Shown here piece by piece: positions 45,660 through 53,148 of a stretch of DNA of 64,000 nt. The notes below the pieces were generated by a model. The model was given only the letters and a program-made list of their open reading frames with translations, searched no databases and was not told the origin of the DNA. Source of the stretch: an uncultured Eubacteriales bacterium (GTDB taxonomy: Bacteria; Bacillota; Clostridia; Oscillospirales; CAG-272); contig CAKSPO010000006.1 of NCBI GenBank assembly GCA_934481515.1, positions 134 through 64,133 on the forward strand. The letters are read 5' to 3'. How positions within the stretch are numbered: the first letter of the stretch is position 1; every line of letters begins with the position of its first letter. The position numbers and the translations under genes were made by a program.

Positions 45660-46307
45660 TTATTCTGCTTTGCCGCCTTCGTCGGAGTCCTTGATACAAA
45701 TCAGTTCCCCGGCATACGGCAGTGAACGGATCCAATCACAATACGTGTGCCATTCCGCCAGCTTATGGAATCTGCGTGCGTAGTACATATTGATGAGGTT
45801 CTCATAGTTCATGCTCACGGTGCGCATCTGGTTGTAGGAGGACGGGAGCAATTGAATCATATTGTGCCACGGCTGACGGTTTTCCTTGTCCGCTACGAAT
45901 TTTTGGCGCTCCCCCTCAAGATAAACGATCAAAGCGTCCAGTGCGGCAAGACCGCCTTCATCCAGCCGGTCGCAGGAAAAATCATCTCTCGTAAATGCTT
46001 TTGCATGAATCTTATGCATGGTAGAGCAGGAATTTGCCACGGTTCCCACCTTGTAGGTATCAAACTCCTTCCACCAGTACAGCGGCGCCGTGATGTCTGC
46101 GGAAACAAAAATCTGACGCAGAAACTTTCTGTGATCGCTTCCGGCATGCGCCAGCCGCCGGGCAAGGTCCAGATCGTTCGCGCCGAGCACATAATTTCCG
46201 TCGGCATCATAGCTACTGTCCATCCGTCCCCAGCTGTTCATCGGATTCCGGGCGCCCCGGATTGCGTTTTCAAAATTCATCACGGAAGTACGTTCTATTT
46301 TAATCAT
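45660..46307 (-). CDS. ThyX-fold protein lacking the canonical ThyX signature
   Basis: Aligns along its whole length to FAD-dependent thymidylate synthase, with [38 protein letters not shown] and [16 protein letters not shown]. The RHRxxSxxxxSxR position reads [17 protein letters not shown]. Confidence 0.65.
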   Translation of the reverse strand: [215 protein letters not shown]

Positions 46308-46341
46308 AATTGCTTTTTACCGTCCTCTCGTTTTTTCGTTC

Positions 46342-46370
46342 AGTATAACATACCGCACCGGAAAAGTCAA
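46342..46370 (-). promoter_or_regulatory. Sigma-70 promoter for the ThyX-like gene
   Basis: The reverse strand reads TTGACT, 17 nt, TATACT. Confidence 0.55.
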
Positions 46371-46598
46371 GCACAGATTGCCCGCGAAACCGCGTTTTTT
46401 CTCCGAACCCGGCAACTGCAAAACCGCCTGCCATTGCGTCAGCCAACGGAAAGTACTCAAAATCCGTCAGAATGCACAAATACAGTTTTTCCCTCTCGTG
46501 TAAAATCGTAAAATATCCTCCTTTTTCTCGGAACGCAGTTTGTGATATAATATATTGTTATCAAAGATTGAAATTGCAAAAAGCGGGAGTGAAAAACG

Positions 46599-48446
46599 GT
46601 GATCAGAGAAGATTTGAGAAATGTGGCAATCATCGCGCACGTCGACCATGGTAAAACCACGTTGGTGGACGGCTTGCTGAAGCAGGGCGGCATCTACCGG
46701 GAGAACCAGGAAACGGTGACCTGCGTGATGGATTCGGGAGACCTGGAGCGCGAGCGCGGAATTACCATTCTGGCGAAAAATACGGCGGTACACTATAAAA
46801 ACATCAAAATCAACATCATTGATACTCCCGGTCACGCAGATTTCGGCGGTGAGGTAGAGCGGATTCTGAAAATGGTGAACGGTGTCATTCTGCTGGTGGA
46901 TGCTGCAGAGGGACCGATGCCGCAGACCCGCTTTGTTCTGCAAAAGGCACTGGAACTGAATCACCGCGTTATTGTCTGTATCAACAAGATCGACAAGCCG
47001 GACGCACGGCTGGGCGAGGTGGAAGATGAAATTCTGGAGCTTCTGATGGATCTGGGCGCGAATGATGAACAGCTCGACAGCCCGATGCTGTACTGCTCCG
47101 GAAGAGCCGGAACCGCCAGCAACGATCCCAACGTTCCGGGAATCGACCTGACGCCGCTGTTTGAGAAAATCGTGGAATATATTCCCGCCCCCGGCGGAGA
47201 CGAGACGGGGGATCTTCAGCTTCTGGTCTCTTCCATCGACTACAATGACTACGTGGGAAGAATTGGCATCGGACGCATCGACCGCGGCTCCATCCGCGTC
47301 GGTCAGGAGGTTGCCGTATGCAACTATCACAACCCCGGTTCGGTCAAGCGTACCAAGATCGTTTCCCTTTACCAGATCGACGGACTTTCCCGCGTTCCCG
47401 TGGAAAGTGCAACCGTGGGAGACATCGTCTGCTTCTCCGGCGCCGGAGATATCACCATCGGAGACACGCTGACCGCAGTCACAAATCCGGAGCCTCTGGA
47501 GTTTGTCAAGGTCTCGGAGCCGACGATGGAAATGACTTTTATGGTCAACAACCGTCCGCTTGCCGGCAAGGAAGGAAAGTTTGTCACCTCCCGTCAACTC
47601 CGTGAACGCCTGTATAAAGAGTTGCTCAAAGACGTTTCCCTGCGGGTCTCCGACGGCGAAACCACGGATGAATTCCGCGTCGCGGGCAGAGGAGAAATGC
47701 ACCTTTCCATTCTTCTGGAAACCATGCGCCGCGAAGGCTTTGAGCTTGCCTGCTCCAATCCCCGCGTGCTTTACAAGGAGATCGACGGGCAGAAGTGCGA
47801 GCCGATGGAGCGCGTCACACTGGACGTTCCCGCAGAATTTGTCGGCGTGGTTGTCGAAAAACTCGGACAGAGAAAAGGGGAGCTCCTTTCGATGAACCCC
47901 ATCGGAAGCCGCACCCGGATTGAATATTCCATTCCCTCCCGGTGCCTTTTCGGCTACCGTTCCGAATTCCTGACCGCAACACACGGCGAAGGAATCATCA
48001 ACACCATTTTTGACGGTTATGCGCCTTACCATGGCGAAATCCCGATGAAGTTTACCGGCTCACTGGTCGCTTCCGAAGCGGGAGAAACCACACGGTACGG
48101 TCTTTACAATACGCAGGAGCGCGGTCTGCTCTTTGTCGGTCCGCAGACGCAGGTCTATGAAGGCATGATCGTCGGAGAAAACCCGAAGAATGACGACATC
48201 GCCGTCAATCCCTGCAAGAAAAAACAGCTGACCGCAATCCGTTCCGCAGGTGCCGACGAAAAACTTCTGCTGGTTCCTCCGAAGATCTTCTCGCTGGAGG
48301 AAGCGATTGAATATATCACGGACGACGACCTGATCGAGGTCACGCCGAAGTCCATCCGTCTGCGCAAAAAGATTCTGAACACCGAGCTCCGCATGAAGGA
48401 CATGATGCGCAAGCGCCGGGAGCTGGAAGCGCAGAAGCGCGGATAA
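46599..48446 (+). CDS. typA: Translational GTPase TypA/BipA
   Basis: GTG start. [35 protein letters not shown]. Full-length BipA architecture. Confidence 0.95.
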   Translation: MIREDLRNVAIIAHVDHGKTTLVDGLLKQGGIYRENQETVTCVMDSGDLERERGITILAKNTAVHYKNIKINIIDTPGHADFGGEVERILKMVNGVILLVDAAEGPMPQTRFVLQKALELNHRVIVCINKIDKPDARLGEVEDEILELLMDLGANDEQLDSPMLYCSGRAGTASNDPNVPGIDLTPLFEKIVEYIPAPGGDETGDLQLLVSSIDYNDYVGRIGIGRIDRGSIRVGQEVAVCNYHNPGSVKRTKIVSLYQIDGLSRVPVESATVGDIVCFSGAGDITIGDTLTAVTNPEPLEFVKVSEPTMEMTFMVNNRPLAGKEGKFVTSRQLRERLYKELLKDVSLRVSDGETTDEFRVAGRGEMHLSILLETMRREGFELACSNPRVLYKEIDGQKCEPMERVTLDVPAEFVGVVVEKLGQRKGELLSMNPIGSRTRIEYSIPSRCLFGYRSEFLTATHGEGIINTIFDGYAPYHGEIPMKFTGSLVASEAGETTRYGLYNTQERGLLFVGPQTQVYEGMIVGENPKNDDIAVNPCKKKQLTAIRSAGADEKLLLVPPKIFSLEEAIEYITDDDLIEVTPKSIRLRKKILNTELRMKDMMRKRRELEAQKRG

Positions 48447-48637
48447 TTCACGGCTTTCAATTCAATCTTTCAATCGGATAAAAAGAGACGACTGCTCCCC
48501 TACCATCGCGGCGCAGCCGTCTCTTCTCTATTCTATCAAAAATTCCTGCCGCGAACGGCTCCGTCCCTTTCGCGTTTTTTCTTTTGCAAGGGCGGTGCGG
48601 AATAAAACATCCCGTCAAAAATCCGAATAAAATATTT

Positions 48638-48685
48638 GTCCGGGGAACCGCATCACAGCTGATTGCGGTTCCCCGGACGTTTTTT
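48638..48685. terminator. Bidirectional terminator between typA and the surface-protein operon
   Basis: gtccggggaaccgca...tgcggttccccggac stem. T-run on the right, A/T-rich on the left. Confidence 0.8.
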
Positions 48686-48697
48686 GTTCTGTACGGA

Positions 48698-51600
48698 TTA
48701 TTCTTCAGAATTCCGGTAGAACTCTTCATAATCGGAGGCACCGGATTCCGTTTCCGCATTTTGCGGTGCTTCTTCCGATTCATCGGTTTCGGAATCTCCC
48801 GGCTCGGTCGTTCCCGTTTCTGAAGCAACCGTGTCAGATGCTTCCGGCGAAAGTCCGTAGTTCTCCCACTGGAATTCGTCCTGCGGCAAATATCCTCCAT
48901 GGTCGGAAGCATTCATTTCGGAGTCTTCCGCAAAGTCATATTCACCGGAATCGGATTCTGCAGAATCAGATTCTTCAGAATTGTATTCCGCAGAATCATC
49001 CTCCATGGAATAGTACGGATTTGCGGCAGGTTCAATGAAGTCCTCGTCGCTTTCCCCGTAAACATCCTCTGCAGCTTCGGAAGTTTCCGCTTCGGAAAAT
49101 ACATCATTAAAAGATTCCGTATCAAAATCTTCTGCGTCCGCAATGTCCGCTTCGGAAAGTTCTTCGTCGGAAAGCGCTTCTTCCGATACTTCCTCCGCAG
49201 AATCCGGAGATTCTTCCGGATCTCCGGTGTATGCAGCATCGGTTTCCGCTGAAGTCTCTTCCGTCATATACGGCTCCCCGTAATCGGACGTTTCATCGTA
49301 AACAGCAAACGGATCTTCTGTAGCTTCCGCTTCGGAGATTCCGTTTTCTGCTACGGCGGGTTGTCCCTCCGGCTCAGCCATAACAGGCACCACGTGGTTG
49401 TGTGCTTCGTCATCTCCGGAGCCAGGTCCCGGACGACGGCGGAAGAACACCTCCGAAGTCAGGAGCAGATACATCAGAAAAATCTGCAAAAGCACTGCAA
49501 TTCCACCGAGAATGCAGACAATCAGCATTGCATTCTCCGGCAGGAAACGAACCGTCAGAAGCACAGGAAGTGCCCACGCGGACAGGCGCACCTGCCCGTT
49601 CTTTCTTTCGCGCCGTGCAGAGAGCAGTGCCGCAATGGCAACCAGCTGGCAAAGCAGAATGACAGAAAGTACAATGATCACGGGAGTCAGAAGAACGGTC
49701 GGATCCGCAAAAATCACAAAATCCGAAATATGGTCGGCAACGAAATAGAGCTCATCGCCATCCCGGCGGCATTCCAGAAGTTCCACAACGCCGGTCGTCC
49801 GGTCATAGTAAGCAACCGTCAGTCCGGTATGATGCCGCAGTTCCTCCGGAATCTGCAACCGGATCTCAAAGGAATTCTTTTCATTGTTGGTCGTCGTCAG
49901 TAAAGAGAAGCTGTAGACGCCAACCACCTCAAGCCCGCGGAGCAGCTCCTCCGCTTCCGCGAGAGTGATTCCGGCGGCACTGACCGTAACGCGTCCGGAG
50001 GTACGGATCGCATCACTGATTGCGGCGGCAAGCGTATCAAAATCCTCCTGTCGGATCAGAGTCAGATAACTGCCCTGCGCAAGACCGTATTTGGCAAGCA
50101 GGCGGAGAAGTCCGTCTCTGCTGAACAGATACGTGACCGGAATCTGCTCCATCGCGCTCTTTGCGTCGGCGGAGACCGCATCCACTTCACTCTCGGTCGC
50201 TGCCGAAATGATGGCAGCTTCCGCCGCGGCAACGATGGTCTTCATCTGATTCAGGCTTTCCTCGCTGAACAGCCCGCTTGCGGTATAACTGCGCAAAAGC
50301 TCCCGCAGCTCGGCAATCTTTTTGTCCTGATAACGTGCAAACCCGATCTTCGCCCTGGCGTCCTCGACAATACGCTCCACAATGTGGTAGAAATCGGGAT
50401 CCAGCGGTGTTTTGGCGGCTTCCTCGTTGATTTTCCGGATGGCTTCGTCAATCACACCTCTGGCAAGCTCACCGTCACTGCCCTCCCGCAGATTTTCCAG
50501 CTCCTCAATCTTGGAAGGAAGATAAGACTGAATCAGCGTGGAATACCGCAATTCCAGCTCTTTTCCGTGCGGCTCGTTTTCCGTTGCCTTCAGACGGATA
50601 TAAATACAGTATTCGGTACCGGGATAAAGTCCCTCAAACGTACCGGAATCCTGCCACACCAGCGCCGTACCGGAGGCAGAGCTTGCGCGGCAGGCAAACT
50701 CAAACAGGCTTGCGCGTTCCTCCAGCATCTGCACGATCAGCTTGGTATCGTAAAGGTTCTTGATGACATAAATGTCGCCCTTTCCGGTGGCAACATCATA
50801 CCATGTAGGCATATCCGCTCTGCCGACAATCGCAAAATCCACCGGATCGCTGTCGGAGGTCGCCGTACAATCGCCGTAAGCAATGATCTGTACCGTATTT
50901 CCGAAGAAGGAATCCGGCACCGTCACGGCGCTCTCTCCTTTTCCGTTGACCGTGAAGTTTCCGGAAGAAGAAACGGTCACCCGCAGAGAAACGGAGCCGA
51001 AACGGATCAGATACGAGCCGGCGGGCAGAACAAAGGTTTCATCGAAATAGTTGATGCGGATCGTCGGCACCGTAATGGTCGGAAGCACGGTGGCGCGAAG
51101 CTGAATTTCCCCGACCCCGACCGTCAGCTCCGGAGACGTATATACAGAGGAGTGCTCGGAGAGCACCGTACCGTTCCACTTCACGGTCTTGTAACCGGAG
51201 GGGGATCGGATGATAACCGTAAACCGCGTCTCATACGGAAGCAGAATCGGAGAGCCGGTGTAAGGATACTCCGTCCCGTCCGCCGTCCGGATGATAACCG
51301 TCGCGTCATCCGTTCCCTCTATCGTAACGGAAACCGGATAGGACTTGCGGATCCACGCCGCATACAGCGTAATGCTTCCGTCGCCGTCCGCCCCGGACAG
51401 ATCCCAGGCGGAGCAGACGCTTTCACCGACTGCGTTGATATAAAGAGTTCCCTTTCCGTCCGGCTCACTGTAATACCCGGCAAAATCAAAGCCCGTCCGG
51501 GTGGGGCAGACGAATGCAGGGGAAGTGGGAAGAACAAAGGGCTGATCGTAGATCACATCCGCAATGCTTCCGGTTCCGGGCGTAGTAGCGTCCTGCCCGT

Positions 51601-53131
51601 CCAGAATCACGTGGTAATGCTTGGCTTCCCAAACGGCTTCCAGACGGATATTTTCCGCGTACGTTCCGGCAGAAAGCTTCACCGCACCGTTCTCGGAGGT
51701 CAGCTCCGCCGTTCCTCCCGAGGTGTGCAGAATCCATTTGATGAAGGTATATCCGGCGCGAACCGGATCCGGTACGGTAATTCCGTTCTCGTCATCAAAC
51801 ACGAAGTTGCGCGGAAGAGCGGCATTGATCGTATCCAGAAGCGTATTCTGCTCATCGTTCTTTCCGTTCCAGACGTAACCGATCTCATACGTGTTGGCTT
51901 CCCAGCACGCCGTGAGAACAATCTCCTTATCAGCGGAAATATATTTGGTCAGATTGTCGTTGTCAAGACCGAGACAAAGACCGGGCTGCAGATTCTCATA
52001 CTGCACCGTAGTTGCATCCTCCGACTTGACCGTCATGATCCACCCGCGGAAGGTATATCCGACCCGCGTGGGATCCGGAATGTCCGTCCGTACATTGAAG
52101 GTGTACTTCACCGGAGCGCCCTCCGGCATCGTCAGTGCACTGCCGTCCGGATTCCGGTAGGTCAGCACATAGTCAATCGCCTTGTAGAGCCGGTACACCA
52201 CGTTCGGAGCAGGCTGAAGACCGGTCGGCACCGTGATCTGATGGGTCGGGTAACTGTAGCCGTCCGTCCCGTCGGTCAGCAGCTCATATCCCACATAAGA
52301 CTTGTATCCGCCTTCGGGGTCGTCACTCATGTGCTCCAGCGCCGTAATAATCTTTGCCATGTCCTCTTCCCATTCGGTGGTACCAAGCAGCTTTCCGTGG
52401 AAAAGCGGCGGCGCATCCGGGTCATACCGGTAGTCATACCGGCGCACCGGCTGCTTGACCGGCGTAAAGACGGCATAGGCGTAAACGGTACCGGTTCCGT
52501 CCATATCGTCATTGAACAGATATTTCGGAATATAATACTGATCCGCTTCGTTCTTGTTGATGATTTTCTGATAGGACTTTCCGGTGCTGTCCAACAGTTC
52601 CCAGTGATCAAACAGATATCCCGTCCGCACGACCGCGGGAAGCACATAGTCCTCATTATAGGTATATTTCTGGTTGTTCAGTTCGTTTTCGTTGGCGCTC
52701 AACGGGTGGTACGGACGTGCGCTCAGCCCTTCGCCGACAAACCGCAGATCAAAGGAACGGTAACCGCACCGGATGATTCCGCTGACCGACTCCGAAAACG
52801 TCTCGCGGCTGAAACGGTCATTCGTCATCAGACTGCTTCCCGGCGCATTCTTGTTTTCAATGTCCGTCAGTTCAAATCCGTCCTTCGGCTGAACGGTGAC
52901 AATCACACTGGAGCCGGTCGGAATGGAGTACTTCTTTCCGGAAACCATATCGATTTTTTCCGTCCCGTAATAAAGCGTTACGGAACACTGCTCCGGATCA
53001 AATTCCATCATGAGATCCGGATCCGTTCCTTCGGCGGAAACCGAAACCAGCAGCGCACAGGTCAGCAGTGCCAGAAGTACCGAAAGGAGCAACGCCAAAC
53101 GCATCCGGAACATTTTTTTACATGGATTCAT
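48698..53131 (-). CDS. 1477-aa surface protein with Listeria-Bacteroides (InlB B / Flg_new-type) repeats, a C-terminal TM block and a 247-aa acidic tail
   Basis: Signal peptide MRLALLLSVLLALLTCALLVSVSA. Recurring G[YF]xFxxW motifs (TGYLFDHWEL, VGYTFRGWIM, AGYTFIKWIL, TGFDFAGYYSEPDG). Hydrophobic block at about 49442-49717. D/E/S/Y-rich tail at 48701-49441. No LPXTG seen. Confidence 0.8.
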   Translation of the reverse strand: MNPCKKMFRMRLALLLSVLLALLTCALLVSVSAEGTDPDLMMEFDPEQCSVTLYYGTEKIDMVSGKKYSIPTGSSVIVTVQPKDGFELTDIENKNAPGSSLMTNDRFSRETFSESVSGIIRCGYRSFDLRFVGEGLSARPYHPLSANENELNNQKYTYNEDYVLPAVVRTGYLFDHWELLDSTGKSYQKIINKNEADQYYIPKYLFNDDMDGTGTVYAYAVFTPVKQPVRRYDYRYDPDAPPLFHGKLLGTTEWEEDMAKIITALEHMSDDPEGGYKSYVGYELLTDGTDGYSYPTHQITVPTGLQPAPNVVYRLYKAIDYVLTYRNPDGSALTMPEGAPVKYTFNVRTDIPDPTRVGYTFRGWIMTVKSEDATTVQYENLQPGLCLGLDNDNLTKYISADKEIVLTACWEANTYEIGYVWNGKNDEQNTLLDTINAALPRNFVFDDENGITVPDPVRAGYTFIKWILHTSGGTAELTSENGAVKLSAGTYAENIRLEAVWEAKHYHVILDGQDATTPGTGSIADVIYDQPFVLPTSPAFVCPTRTGFDFAGYYSEPDGKGTLYINAVGESVCSAWDLSGADGDGSITLYAAWIRKSYPVSVTIEGTDDATVIIRTADGTEYPYTGSPILLPYETRFTVIIRSPSGYKTVKWNGTVLSEHSSVYTSPELTVGVGEIQLRATVLPTITVPTIRINYFDETFVLPAGSYLIRFGSVSLRVTVSSSGNFTVNGKGESAVTVPDSFFGNTVQIIAYGDCTATSDSDPVDFAIVGRADMPTWYDVATGKGDIYVIKNLYDTKLIVQMLEERASLFEFACRASSASGTALVWQDSGTFEGLYPGTEYCIYIRLKATENEPHGKELELRYSTLIQSYLPSKIEELENLREGSDGELARGVIDEAIRKINEEAAKTPLDPDFYHIVERIVEDARAKIGFARYQDKKIAELRELLRSYTASGLFSEESLNQMKTIVAAAEAAIISAATESEVDAVSADAKSAMEQIPVTYLFSRDGLLRLLAKYGLAQGSYLTLIRQEDFDTLAAAISDAIRTSGRVTVSAAGITLAEAEELLRGLEVVGVYSFSLLTTTNNEKNSFEIRLQIPEELRHHTGLTVAYYDRTTGVVELLECRRDGDELYFVADHISDFVIFADPTVLLTPVIIVLSVILLCQLVAIAALLSARRERKNGQVRLSAWALPVLLTVRFLPENAMLIVCILGGIAVLLQIFLMYLLLTSEVFFRRRPGPGSGDDEAHNHVVPVMAEPEGQPAVAENGISEAEATEDPFAVYDETSDYGEPYMTEETSAETDAAYTGDPEESPDSAEEVSEEALSDEELSEADIADAEDFDTESFNDVFSEAETSEAAEDVYGESDEDFIEPAANPYYSMEDDSAEYNSEESDSAESDSGEYDFAEDSEMNASDHGGYLPQDEFQWENYGLSPEASDTVASETGTTEPGDSETDESEEAPQNAETESGASDYEEFYRNSEE

Positions 53132-53148
53132 ATTTCGTTGCCCTCCTC

